From Eledone cirrhosa (lineage: Eukaryota), in the NCBI GenBank assembly GCA_964016885.1, contig OZ024741.1, positions 173,476,001 through 173,540,000 on the forward strand: DNA of 64,000 nt, given 5' to 3'. The translations under genes and the position numbers were made by a program. Below the pieces are notes generated by a model. It ran no database searches. It had not been told where the DNA came from and worked only from the letters and a program-made list of their open reading frames with translations. Positions 50,623 to 63,707 of this stretch are shown piece by piece. The stretch's first letter is position 1, and every line of letters begins with the position of its first letter.

Positions 50623-52249
50623 TTAAATAAATACAGATAATGTTGGGTAGTAAGTACCCTTCAGTGTTGCTGAGTACATGACAACCTCTCTCATGTTGGT
50701 ACTATGATAAAATGTACCCAATACACTCTGTAAAGTGGTGGTGATCAAACAGGGACAATGTAGAGTTGAGTGGATGCTTTTGTCCTGCTGAGGACATTGC
50801 AACCAGTCAAGTGCTGTTGTCGCAATAAAATGTACCTAATATACTCTGTAAAGTAGTTGTTACTGTTAGGGAGGACATCCAGCTGTAGAAATCATGTTAA
50901 TGGGATGTATAAGTGAAATATGGTCTTTTGACCATCATTACCTATCCAATCCATGCCAGCATGGAAGGCAGGCATAAAATGACAATGATGATAATGTCTT
51001 CCACTCAGTTTTCTTAGATTTTATAAGAAAGGAATTATTAGGATTAAATGGGTAGTAGTTGCACCTTGCGTTGAGGTATATCCAAGAATACCCATGACTG
51101 CATAGCTAGCAGTACTAAGTACAGATGAATGAGGAATCAAGTTCTTTTATAATTGTAGCATCAAATCTTTTCCAATCAAACAAATGTTTTTTAACAATTT
51201 TTCAATACCTGTTACACTATTTTTTTTAATATATATTGAGTTTGAATTATGTTTTACTTCTTTAGATAACACTTTGATTGACTTAGAATACATTTTTAAA
51301 TATAAACATGGCTTTATTTCTTCTCTTATTTTACTATTGTGGTAATTATTTGAGTGCCAGTGCTGTTTTCAGTCTTTTACTGCCCAGGGAAAAGATTACA
51401 CATTAATCTTTTGCATTTTTGAAAGGGATTGTAAAAATAGAATATTTTCATCAAATTTAGGTCATTTACTTTTTCTGCACTTATTCTTCACAATGGGTGT
51501 ACACAAAAGAATCATTTGATTGGCACAAAGGAAATAGAATTTAAATAAAAAGTAATTTATCTATGTAGAAAAATAATACATCATTGTTTTAACATCTGTT
51601 GTTCCATGCTATGTGTAAGATGGGTCATACACAGTATAATGTAATTTATTTTGATCTGTTATCATCTTGTACATGAGGTTCAACATATTGAGTCTCTTTT
51701 TGGTGTTAAAACCTCCATAAAGCTCTCTCTTTGGAGAAAGCTTTAAGAAAATAAAAAAAATCATTTCAATAACAAAAATGATCCAGCTCTATATTTTATT
51801 TTACGTATAGATTTATAAACTCTCTCTCTTATTTTGCATTATCATCAACAACTACCGTTAGGGATCTACAAGATAAACACACCCACTATACTCTGTAATG
51901 TGGTTAGCAATAAGGAGGGCAAGCCTAGACTCTTTAGTCATGACAGCCTCTCTAGTGCTAGTGCCATGATAAAATATGCAGAAACATATGTCAGCAGAAT
52001 GCAAATCCCTGACCTATTGGAGTTCTCAGTAGAGTGCAGGAATGAATGTAGGCAAGACGCATGCCCTTAACTCATCTAAGATATCAGTAGGTCCGTTTGA
52101 CTACTGACTTGGTGTATGATGACCCATCCAACCCTTGCTAGCAGAGAGAAAGAACGTTAAATGATGATGAAGAGGGTGAGCATTATTTAAATGAAATTGC
52201 TGTAGTTTTTTTTTCCTTATTAATATCTTCTTTCAAATCCCTTTTCTAG

Positions 52250-52379
52250 AATACACAGTCTGCAAAGAAAGTGAACAGTGGAGCTCAGAAAGAAAAGACT
52301 AAAGTGAATTCTAAAGGACATTTAAAAAATGATGCTTCTCCAAAGACTATAAAAGTTACTGAAATAGCAGTACAAACGG
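52250..52379 (+). CDS. SECISBP2L: SBP2-family exon
   Basis: ttctag|AAT...ACG G|gtaatt; phases 0/1; ends TEIAVQT. Confidence 0.85.
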
Positions 52380-52743
52380 GTAATTATTTTTTCTTTTCTC
52401 ATCATATTTATTGAAATGGCAATACAAACTGGTAATTTTCTTTCTTATGATGTTTATTGTGAATTTTTTTTATTCATGTCTATTTACTTATGTGTATCCG
52501 GTTTAGAATAGCTACACCGTATCCCTGCATGTCTCAAGAAGTGGCTAAAAGGGTTAATGTCAGAAAAAGTATCCAGCTGTAAAATATTGCCTCAAAATAT
52601 CCTGTCTAACTCCTGCAAACCTGGAAAAGTCAATGTAAAAAATAAATCTCTTACATGAATATTAAAAGTAGTATGATGATGTTTATGGTTATGTTTTAAA
52701 AACTTTTGTTTATTTGATTAACCAATGAATTAGAAATAACTAA

Positions 52744-52961
52744 CCCTTTAGAATTTAAACCGGCTGTATCTGGCCAGAATTCTCTAACCTCTTTCTGTTC
52801 AAACTGGCTGTAATTTGCCACTCATACTTATGTTAAGGTATTCTTCTCAAAATAGATAAAATAAGATCTCATAGATTTGATATTATGTGAGATAATTATG
52901 AGATAAAGTGTTTACCACAAAAATACAATAGTAAATATAGAGTAATGCAAATGCTAAAGGG
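52744..52961 (+). mobile_element. piggyBac-type MITE, family A
   Basis: CCCTTTAG...CTAAAGGG|TTAA. Confidence 0.75.
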
Positions 52962-53324
52962 TTAACTGTTGATCTAGTTTAGAACCTAGTCTACCCTATA
53001 ATGTGGTTGTGCTAGTACTACAACAAAAAAGCACCCAGTTCACTTTGTAAGATGGTTGTACTGGTGCCATGAAAAATGTTCTCAGTATACACTGTAATGT
53101 GGTTAGAATTAAGAAGGGCATCCAGCCATAGAAAACCAAACCAAAAATGGATCATATGAGCAAGATGTAGTCACCTAACCTGCCTAGCCTCATAACATGA
53201 CAGCCTGTCTAACCTATGCAAGCATGGAAAATGTTAAATGGTGGGGATGCTGATGGGTTTAAAGTAAATGATAAGCATATGAGAATATAGTAAATGATAT
53301 CAATGGTATATTGGTTATTGATCC

Positions 53325-53890
53325 ATCATCATCATCATCTTCGTTTAACGTCCATCTTCCACGCTAGCATGGGTTAGACGGAAGTTGTCCCACTTGAGGC
53401 AAGGTTGGTCGGGTGACCGCGTCTTGTTCATATAGGACTATCTGGCAGGTTTTCTACGGCTGGATGCCCTTCCTAACACCAACCACATTTACAGTGTGGA
53501 ACGGAACTTTTTACCGTGTTACCTACACAGCCACATTACAGCGTGGACTGTGTTTTTTTTTTGTTGTGACACCTACACGATCTCGATCTCATTATCTCAT
53601 TTATTTGGACTGGATGTTGTGGTACCAACTTTACAGAGAGAGGGTGGTGTTGGTGGGAGTGGGAGGATAGGGTAGGGGTAGTGGATTGGGGTGTATATTT
53701 GGTTAAGAGGTGCCTACTGACTGTAGGTTTCACTTTGTACATAGGCAAGGCGGGTCTTCTGTATTACTGCGTAGCGCCAAAGATCTCAGTCCAGTGACAT
53801 TGTCTTAGAGAGGTGCAAGTGTGTAAGGTCGGAATTTATCAGATCGTCCCAGGTTTTTCTGGGTCTACCTACTCCGTAACTACCATCAAT
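53325..53890 (-). mobile_element. RTE LINE 3' end
   Basis: Same 3' UTR and tail as 7075-7595; ends only ~27 nt before the 53917 acceptor. Confidence 0.85.
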
Positions 53891-53916
53891 GAAATTATAT
53901 TAATTTATCTTTACAG

Positions 53917-54596
53917 AATTTTCTCCTGAGATAGAAAATTTGACACTTTCTGAAAAACCAAGTTCTTTGTTTTGTTCTTTTAATAAGAACAGAATTCGCA
54001 GTCATTCGAACCAGTGGATCAGTAACTTGACTGATTCTGAAGAAAAGGACTCTGATAGTGGTTATAGTAGCCCACTACATCGACGCAATGTTGTGTCAAA
54101 TGGTACACATGTTGCTCCAGAAAGACTCGCACCAAATACTAAACCAGCTGCTACCACTGTTACGACTACCCCTATCACTACTAATACTACTAATACTACT
54201 ACCCCAACACAACCTACCAGTTTTAGTTATGCTGCCATTGCACAGAGACCAGCTAAATCAGTGTTAAGGAATGAATATCCTGTAGGTGGTCCAGTGACTA
54301 CACCATCAGTCGTAGAATGTTCAACCACAGATACTAAAAACCTTGAACCTAAACCAGGGGAAGAGGTTGGAAAAAAGAGACAAAAACAGAATCGCCGCAA
54401 GAAGAAAAAGGATCGAGAGGTTAACAAAGGAAGCAACTTTTCAAGCCCTGGTCAAACACCAAGATCAGGTTTGTCTAATTCTGTTTCAATGGATGACATG
54501 GTTATACAAGATGATGATTTCTGTGAATTACCTTCTAATAAGGAACCTGTTGCCACTTCTGCTCCAAGAATGAAATACTGTGATATCTTGAAAAAT
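53917..54596 (+). CDS. SECISBP2L: SBP2-family exon with DSDSGYSSP motif and basic NLS-like stretch
   Basis: ttacag|AA TTT...AAA AAT|gtaagt; phases 1/0; QTEFSPEIENLTLSE and DSDSGYSSPLH resemble SECISBP2L-type motifs (QTDFP.DI, DSDSGYCSP) as recalled. Confidence 0.9.
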
Positions 54597-55119
54597 GTAA
54601 GTTGTATCATTTTATTCTTTTATTGGTTTCAGTCATTAGATAGTGGTCATCCTGGGGCATCACCATGAATGTATTTAGTTCATCATATCGACCCCATTAC
54701 TTATTCTGTTCAAGTCTGATACATATTTGTTTCTTTATCTACATAAACAAACTGTAAATGTAAACACAGTCACGGGCACACATATATATCTGAAGGACTT
54801 TTGCACAGCTTCTGTCTACCAAATTTCGCTCACAAAGCATTGGTCAGTCCAATGTTATAGTAGAATACTCTTGTTCAAGGTGCTACACTGTAGGACTGAA
54901 CTGATAGCATGTTTCTGAAGACAACTCCATAACCACATGAACATGCCTGCACCTACTACACAGTTTTGCCTATATAAAATATATATTTGTGCCTAAATTA
55001 ATTCAACAAAGTTTTACAGTAGGGTGTATTACATTGAAGAATTACAGATTGACTTCATATCATCATCATCATTACATCTGTTTTTCCACACTTGTATGGG
55101 TTGGACATACTTGTTAGAA

Positions 55120-56745
55120 AATGAGATAGACAGATGGTTAGAAATATTAAGACCTTAACTGGAGAAGAATGCACTGCCCAACATAAATTAGTTATTGGTG
55201 ACATCAAAATAAGCTCAAGACAGAAGAGGAAACAGAAGAAAATCTGGCGGAGGAGAATTTGGAGGCTAAAGGATCTTTCTGTTATGTATAGGGTCAGGAA
55301 AGAACCAGCCAAACAAAGGATGGTGGAACAGCAAAGTAGATATAGAGCCATTAAAGTCAAGAGACTGGCGTGTAAAACTAGAAAAATAGAGGCAGCAGAG
55401 ATTAGTACTAGGTAGCTAAAAGACAGGCTAGGTGACGGGTATACAGAGCACAAAAAGAGGCTGAAATGAGACGGTTTGTCAATGTCTTGCGATGTGAAGA
55501 TCAGAGACATGAGGTGTTCCGCATTGCAAGGCTGTGTCAGTGTGAATCAAGATATTGTTGGGGGAAAATGTTTTCGAAATGACACCAATGAATGTAACAT
55601 CACTGATGTCAAAAGAAAGAGGCCTGGAAATGCCACTATGAGAAGTTAATGAATGGGAGGAAAGGATATTATAGCCAACTGACTCAACGAAGTGACCAGC
55701 TATTGAAATTAACAGTTATAACATCAAAGAAACAATCAAGGAGATGAAAGATGGTAAATATGTGTGATTGTCTGAGATAGTTGCTGAAATGCTGAAAGCA
55801 TCTGGGGGAGTAGAAGTTGAACTAGTCAATTAGATAATACAGAATGGGGCCATACTCAATGACTGGTGCAGTAGCTCTAGAAAGGAGCAACTTCAACTGA
55901 TCAAGGTATGAAAGGGACAGAAAGAGTTATAGCACAACTAATTAGGGAATGATTCAAATTAGATGAGATGCAGTTCGGTTTCATACCAGGGAAGAGCACC
56001 ACAGATGTGCTCTTTTTACTAGGACAACTATAAAAGTTCTTAGCTAAGAGTAAGCCTCTATATCTAGCTTTTGTTGATCTAGAGAAAGCCTTTGACAGAG
56101 TACCCCGATCAGTCATCTGGTGGTCCTTAAGGAAACTAGGTGTAGAAGATTGGCTTTAAAAGCAGTGCAAGCCATGTACAGAGGAACTGTAAGTAAAGTG
56201 AGAATAGGATGTGAGTTTAGTGAGGAATTCGACGTATAAGTAGGAGTGCATTGGGGCTCAGTTCTTATCCCACTTCCGTTTATCCTAGTCTTACAAGACA
56301 TAAACAGAGGAGTTTATGTCTTATTACCCATAACTTTTGAATGGCAATGATCTGGTCTTCATAGCTGAATCTGTGGAAGAACTAGAGATTAAGTTCCAGC
56401 TGTAGAAACATAACTTAGAATCAAAAGGGCTTAGAGTAAACTTAGCAAAAACCAAACTGTTAATAAATAGGAAAGAAGATAAGGCATTGACCTCATCAAG
56501 GAAGTGACCTTGCTCAATATGTAGAAAAGGACTAGGCATAAACTCTATATGATGTACACAATGCAAATCTTGGGAACACAAAAGGTGTAATGGGATAGCA
56601 GGCAGACTAACAGGAAAGGAAGACTTTGTTTGTAGATGATGGTCAATTGATAGTAAGAGTGCCAATAGTAAATAAATAATATAAACCTTTTCCAATCTCA
56701 GGAAGGATCCATAGAATTGGTTGATAGCTTCTGCTACCTAGCTGA
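55120..56745 (+). mobile_element. Degraded RTE LINE fragment (sense to host gene)
   Basis: EECTAQHKLV, RRIWRLKD, FVDLEKAFDRVP, PHD-like remnants; many stops. Confidence 0.85.
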
Positions 56746-56918
56746 TCAGAGACATCGTTTTTCATTATAATTTTAATTTAGTTATAACCATCATTGTTTG
56801 TTCTTAATAATTATGTAAACAATTAAAATGTCTAAAGTTATGATATGTGATTTTTTTTATTTTTTTATTTTTATTTTTTTTTTTTTTTTTTATTAATTAA
56901 ATTATTTCTTTTTTTCAG

Positions 56919-56973
56919 AATACTGTGATATACGAATCCACATTAAATGATGGAAATACAGATGCTGGAAATG
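56919..56973 (+). CDS. SECISBP2L: SBP2-family exon (55 nt)
   Basis: tttcag|AAT...AAT G|gtaaat; phases 0/1 are required to join the neighbours in frame. Confidence 0.8.
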
Positions 56974-57030
56974 GTAAATAAATTAAAATTGTCTTTAATA
57001 TTACAAATAATTGTTGGAAGCTTTGACTTA

Positions 57031-57084
57031 GTTTATATGTAAAGACTAATAGTAAAGCTTTACTATTAGTCTTTACATATAAAC
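57031..57084. repeat. Perfect 54-bp palindrome
   Basis: gtttatatgtaaagactaatagtaaag|ctttactattagtctttacatataaac. Confidence 0.95.
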
Positions 57085-57334
57085 ATTGTGTAGTGATGCA
57101 TCCAAACCAGACAAGAGAGGAAGGGCAGATGGACCAGTTGGTATGGGCCTATAATTTTGAACTGGGTCTCATCTGAAATTAAAGTTCTTTTATTCTATTC
57201 TGATACTTGTACTATATTATAAGTATATATATTATATCTACAACCCTCATATAAATCATATCTATTTAGCACTGATTACTAAATACTTAATGAGCAGTTT
57301 GAAATGGGTTTTTTTTTTTTTTTTCTGTCCACAG

Positions 57335-57663
57335 GAAACAAAAAAGATGGCCACCTGACTCGGCGCTGGCAGAAGAGACAAGAACTAGCTAACCGTGCCG
57401 CAGAGGAAGAACTTGCCGAAATATCCTTGGAACAACAAATGTTAATACAACGCAATATTCCTAAGAAAAAGTCTGCTTCTGCAACACCTCGATCTGTAAC
57501 ACCAACTTCTACTTCGTCAAAACCAGGCAAAACAGTGGGCATCAGCAATTCTGGGAGATTGTCTGTTGCACCCAATGAAATAATTCATCATGCTGTGGCA
57601 CCTGGAAAGAAGTCGAAGCAACCAATATCTTTAGATATAAGTGCTATGATTGATGCTCTTGAA
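57335..57663 (+). CDS. SECISBP2L: SBP2-family exon
   Basis: ccacag|GA AAC...CTT GAA|gtaagt; phases 1/0; KKSKQPISLDISAMIDALE resembles SBP2/SBP2L P..LDLG.ML.ALE. Confidence 0.9.
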
Positions 57664-58179
57664 GTAAGTTACATCCCTCCTCTCACCATTTTATTCAGCC
57701 CCTGTTGATGGTTACAACATTATTATTATTAAGTTGATTGCAGAATCAGTAGTGTCAGACAAATTGCTTTGTGGCATTTAGTTACATTCAAATCCTGCTG
57801 AGATCAATTTTGCCTTTCATTCTTTCAGGGGTGATAAAATAAAGTAGCACTCAAGAGCTAGGATTGATTTAATTGACTTTCTCTTCCCCCAAAATTACTG
57901 GCCTTGTGCCTAATGTAGAAATCATTATTAGTGACTTGATGGCGGAATTGTTAGAATCAGACAAAATGCCTTGCTGTGTTTGTCCCGGCTTTTTACTTTC
58001 TGAGTCCAAATCTTATGGAGGTCAATTTTTTTACTTTTCATTTTTTTCATAGTTTGATAAATAAATTACCAGTCATGTACTGGGGTTGACTTCATCTGCT
58101 ACCCCACCTTCCACCTGTATTTGGGACAGCAGTGGTGTTAATGATTCTGCCAGTTTTGTTTGCTGAATGTCAAGCCACC

Positions 58180-58700
58180 ACCTATGTCTTCAGATATTCA
58201 GCATATATCTTAAGGTTTGAGCTGTACTGAGGTAGATGTAAGCATGCTATCTGTAGTGCAATGTTTATTGTTAAGCTGATTATAGAGAGCCATTTGTGAT
58301 ATTTTCAGACACTATACCTAGCAATCCTATATTATAACAGACATTATCTAGTGACCCAATTTTAATAAACACTGTACTTTGTGATCCTATATTATAATAC
58401 TGTACCTAGTGATCTTATTATAACAGAAATTACTTGTATCACTCTACAGTCTCACAGCATTTTTAGTATTTATTGATGAATGGGCAAGCTACATCTATTA
58501 TTCTGAAAGTTCTAGTATTTTTCTCTTGTACATCAATATCCAGCCTTGAACATTACAGTTCTTTGTCTGGATTTTCATATCCTATAAAATTTTTATCTGT
58601 TCATTTCCAACAACTTTGGCTGGTTTATTTCAATACCACTTTCCTGAGTTTTCTATGTTGCCTGTGTATTTTACACACTTGCCAGTGTATATAACTCCTA
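58180..58700 (-). mobile_element. Highly degraded R4/Dong-like 3' fragment
   Basis: Patchy similarity to 17250-17720 (tcagatattcag..., gaatgggcaagctacatc); contains a ~30 bp tandem repeat at 58300-58430. Confidence 0.55.
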
Positions 58701-59091
58701 GTTATACCACTTTCTTCAGTGTTTTATACAGTCTGTTTTTTTTACACAATGGTCTGTAGATATAACTGGTACAACTATTCCACTGTTTCTGTGTCAGGTT
58801 CTTATACTCTGATACGAAGCAGGTTCTAGTCTCTTCTCTTTTGCTATGGTGTGAAGACAAGACAAGACAAGACAAGACAAGACAAGACACATGGATGATA
58901 AGCTGTTATATAAACTGAACTTCATAATTACATGACCATATTCAGTTTTTCCTTTTAGTTTTTTATTTATAATTTTTAAGAGCCTACAGGTTCAATTTGG
59001 CAGAAAGTTTCTCTTTCAGTGTTTCAAAACAACTACATTTCTGTAAATTTAAACATTCATTTTGTTCTAATTTTTTAAATTTTGTTTTTAG

Positions 59092-59139
59092 AAACGATTT
59101 AAAGAACCTCAACAAAAGAAAGAAGTTTTCAAGGAGAAA
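59092..59139 (+). CDS. SECISBP2L: SBP2-family exon (48 nt)
   Basis: ttttag|AAA CGA...GAG AAA|gtaagt; phases 0/0; KRFKEPQQKKEVFKEK. Confidence 0.8.
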
Positions 59140-59979
59140 GTAAGTAATAATATTAACATTTCTCCACTACACTCTCTCTCTTTCTCACACACATCATCAT
59201 TTTGTCTGTTTTTCATGATGGCATGATTTAGAAAGGTCAGAACCATATCTTGCTCGGACGTTCCACTTTTGGCATGGTTTCTAAAGTTGGATATCTTTTC
59301 TAACATTAACCAGTTAACAGGGTGTGCTGGATGCATTTTAACATTGCATCAGCACAAGAAAGGTTGTAATGTCAACAAGACTAAAGAGTTCACTCTTCTC
59401 TACATTGTCTCAATTCAATGGCCAACCACTTTATAGAGTATAATGAGGGTAAATTTTATCATAACACCAATACAAGAGAGGTCATGTCCTCAACAAAACT
59501 AAAGAGCCCTATCTACTCTATGTTGTCTCCACTTGATCACCATCTATTTTACAGAATATACAAGGTGAATGTTTTGGCACCTCTTCTAGTGAAGATACCT
59601 TGCCCCTTGCATGACAAGCGTCTTCTCCACAATTTGTTTCCATTTTTTTTCATGGCAAATGTACCAGAGTGTGCAGTTATGGAAGATGAAGACCTAGGAA
59701 AGCTTGGGATGAACTCATAGGGAATGACACAGGATTGAGATCTCTGGCATTGTGGAGTACTGCAGAAGACCTGCCTTCCCATATGCATGGGATGAAGCAA
59801 GCATCCAGTTGTCTCTAGTATGCACCCATACAACTCCCACATCTTAACACTCCACCATTCACCAGCTAGGTACCGCACCCTACATACACACACACCCACC
59901 TCCACTTTCCACATTTAATGCCTGTCTTGACCAATCCATGTATACAAACATGGAAAGCTGAAATGGCTAAAAGCTCTCA

Positions 59980-60670
59980 ATCCACCCTGTATGGTGGTCA
60001 TGATGGTGACACAACAAAAGTCCCTAGTCCACTATGTAAGGTGCTCATGTTGGTGACATGACAAAAGAGCGCCTAGCTCTCCCTGCAAGGTGGTCATGCT
60101 GGTGACATGACAAATAAGCACCCAGTCCACCCTGTAAGATGGTCATGCTGGTGATATGACTGGAGGTACCCAGTCCACCCTGTAAAGTGGTCGATTTCTT
60201 TTGTGGCACAACAGAAGCCGCCCGGTTTGCCCTGTTGAGTGGTCAGGTTGGTGACATGACAAAGGACACCTCGTCCACCCTGTAGAGTGGTTGTGTTAGT
60301 GACATGACAATAAATGCCCAGTCCACCCTGTAAAGTGGTCATGTTACTGACACAACAATAAACACCCAGTCCACCTTGTAAGATGGCCATGATGGTGATA
60401 CGGCAAAAAACACCCAGTCAACCTGTAAAGTGGTCGTTTTTGGTGATGTGACAAAAAGCGCCATGTCCACTGTAAAGTGATCATGTTGGTGACACAACAA
60501 AAAGAGCCCAGTCCACACTGTAAATTTAGTTGGCATTAGGAAAGGTATCCAGCCATAGAAACCAAACCAGAAACAGTTCAGTATAAGCAAGACACAATCA
60601 TTTGATCTGACGTGTCTCACAACAGGAAAAACTGTCTAAACCATGCTAGCATAGAAAAATGGTTGCTAAA
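59980..60670 (+). repeat. Tandem array (~40 bp unit, about 13 copies) from an RTE 3' UTR sub-repeat, ending in an RTE terminus
   Basis: Unit cacccagtccaccctgtaaagtggtcatgttggtgacatgacaaaaag runs into ttggcattaggaaaggtatccagccatagaaacc. Confidence 0.85.
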
Positions 60671-61439
60671 CAGTGATTTATATTTCTTGTTTTAAAGGGA
60701 GGTATTGTTTTAAAAGATGTTTCTAATTTTCTTATGATGATTGAAACAGTTCAGGTAAACGTTTCTAGCTCTCTTAAAATCTCACAAGTTGACCAACCAT
60801 TTTACTACAACAGATCTTTTTTATTAACACAACACATAGTTATAGGGAACAATGCAATGCGGTATTGCGTTTAAACCCCCCCAAATAATGATATCTTAAT
60901 GTTTTATTTATTTCAAATGATTTTGCTGTGACAGGGACAATCTATTAAAAAAACATGTAATGTCATTGAAAGAATTGAATTTATGTTTTAAGGCGTTGAA
61001 ATATGACCTTACTTCTGATATGAAATTATTGCTGTATTTTCTTTATTTATTATCATGACAGATCTCTGTCAGTTCCTACAATGAATATTCCTGTCATCTG
61101 ATTAATAGTACAGTCTACTCATTAAATTAACATGTAAATGGCTGAGTATTTCACAAGCACAAGTCTCTCCATAATGTAATTCTTAGGGAAATTCAACACA
61201 ACACTATGTAATAAGACTCCTAATCAGTTTTCATCTACCCAACTGCATTCATAAGGCTTAAGACGACTGGAGCTGTGGTGAAAAACATTTACCCAAGATG
61301 TCATGCAATGGGATTGAATCAAGGACTTTGATTGTGAAGCAAACTTTTTAACCATTGTTATACCTTAGTATGCTGTTAAATCTCTCCCAATATCTATTTT
61401 GTCCATTAACACTAGTGACTTGTTTATTTTTTATTTTAG

Positions 61440-61547
61440 TCTGTAAATAAACCGATCGTTGGAAACATCCTTGATAGCTCTGCTCCTGCAAAACGAGGCA
61501 AGGAAAGGGAGATTACAAAAGCCAAGAAACCAAGTCCCTTGAAGAAG
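61440..61547 (+). CDS. SECISBP2L: SBP2-family exon, Sec incorporation domain / K-rich region
   Basis: ttttag|TCT...AAG AAG|gtaaaa; NILDSSAPAKRGKEREITKAKKPSPLKK matches SBP2-family N.LDSSAP..K.GK.REI.K.K.P..LKK. Confidence 0.95.
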
Positions 61548-62290
61548 GTAAAAATATGTACATATATATATATATATAAATGATTTTGTCTCCCCCCACC
61601 CCACCCCTAGTTTCAATCATTTAACTATGGTTATAGTTTGTAGTTGATTACAGTGAACCCAGTACTAATTTTATTAACCTTGGAAAAACAAAAGACAAAT
61701 GAATTTGGTCAGGATTTGAGCCAACTATGTAAAATGATGCAACCAAACACCACAAGCTATTTCAATACTTATTTTCAACCATGTCTCCTAAAGAAAGTAT
61801 TGTCTAGGAATGCAATACTCTATAAAGGCCATGGTCTCATCTCCTGTCATTTAAAACTATACCATTCACTCTTTGTATTTCTGCTATAGATAGAAATTAG
61901 AAAATATTTTAAGTATACTGTGATAGCTTTGATCTTCCTGAAGTTTTTCTGTTGTTGTAATCTGACTTTTAACCCTTTTATGATGATATACACTGTATTT
62001 TAATTGATTAACCAAGAATTTTGAGGGATTTACTAAAATTATTATTTCATTACCAAGATTAAAGGGTTCTTATATCAAATTATGCTGGAATATTTTAATT
62101 TAAATAGAAACCCTTTAAAGTATGTGCTTTTGTTTCATAGAACCAGAGGTGGTTTTGGCCAGGTTTGTATCAAAGGGTTAAATGTATATAAGATTTGTTC
62201 TGATTATTTTAAGGCTTATGTGTCCTCTGCTAGTCTAAATTATGTCACAATTTCATGAAATGTGTTTTCTAATTCTTTGTTATTTGGTAG

Positions 62291-62385
62291 GTAATTCTTA
62301 AAGAGCGCGAGGAGAAAAAGCGGCTCCGTTTGTTGGAGGTTGATCCAACTGTTAGTGCTTTGGATAATGATCTGGCTTCCCCAAG
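62291..62385 (+). CDS. SECISBP2L: SBP2-family exon starting VILKEREEKK (IILKE-equivalent motif); gene continues beyond the window
   Basis: ggtag|GTA ATT CTT AAA GAG CGC GAG GAG...CCA AG|gtacat; phases 0/2. Confidence 0.93.
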
Positions 62386-62519
62386 GTACATATTATCTCT
62401 CAGCTATTTCATTCCTACCTATTAAATCACATTGGATAACTGAATCCTTAGCCTAGGGTTTAATAACAATAGATTGATTTTGAGAAAGTGATTTTTACTT
62501 ATAGCTTTTTATGTTGTTT

Positions 62520-62885
62520 ACGACACTCTCTGTAAAGTGTTAGAGCAAGTGTCTTGATAAAATGCACCTGCCACACTCTGTAAAGTGTTAGAGCAAGTGT
62601 CTTGATAAAATGCACCTGCCACACTCTATAAAGTGGTAGTGCTTGTGTTACAATAAAATACACTCAGTACACTCTGTAAAGTGTTAGTGTTGGTGTCACT
62701 ATAAAATGGCACCCACTACACTTTGTAAAGTGGTTGGCATTAGGAAGAACATCCAACTTTAAAAAATCATGCCATAAATGGACCGTGTGAGCAAGACATG
62801 GTTCTCCAATCTATCTAATCTTCGACTGTGACAACCCACTCAACTTATGCCAACATAGAAAGCAGATGTAAAATGATGATGATTC
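62520..62885 (+). repeat. RTE 3' UTR sub-repeat array with terminus
   Basis: acactctgtaaagtgttag...aaatgcacc units followed by tggttggcattaggaagaacatcca. Confidence 0.7.
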
Positions 62886-63459
62886 TTATAACAGAAGGGT
62901 ATATATACATCATCTTCATCATCGTTTTTACATCCACGTTTCCATGCTAGCATAGGCTAGACAGGCTGGTTTGAGACAATGTTGTACAGCTGGATATCCT
63001 TCCTGTTGCCAACACCACTTTTAGTTACCTATTATGGTACGCAGGAATACAGTGTACTTATTCTAAAAACCAGGTTACAAATGGCATATATATATATATA
63101 ATTCGTTTTTGAATTTGTTTTGCGAGATTTCTTGTCTGAAAACGTGTGTTGACACAGATATTGTTATACATTGGGAAATTTATAATAAATTGAAGTGAAA
63201 ACCAACAGGTGCATGTGTTTTTATTGGCAACATGACCCTCCCAAAGTATAACAATATATATATATATGAAGTTTCCTTACAGTTTTCATCTACTAAATTC
63301 ACTTACAAAGCAATGGTCAGTCCAAGACTATTGTAAACATTTGCACAAGGTGCAATGCAGTGGGATTGAACCTGGAAACATGGTTGTGAAGCAAACTTAC
63401 CATGCCTAAACCTACATTTTTCTGTTTTTCTGTATAGAGTTATTAAGTTAAAATAAACC

Positions 63460-63510
63460 AATATATATATGCTTATATATATACATATGTATATGCTTAT
63501 ATTTGTATAC

Positions 63511-63541
<31 letters not shown>

Positions 63542-63543
63542 TA

Positions 63544-63627
<84 letters not shown>

Positions 63628-63662
63628 CATATGTATATATATATATATATATATATACATAC

Positions 63663-63707
<45 letters not shown>

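Noticed and set aside
59980-60520. CRISPR-like array
   Set aside because: Contiguous ~40 bp tandem units derived from RTE 3' UTR, no spacers
36661-62385. In-frame UGA or SECIS element in the host gene
   Set aside because: The spliced CDS has no in-frame TGA, and the 3' UTR and L7Ae domain are outside the window
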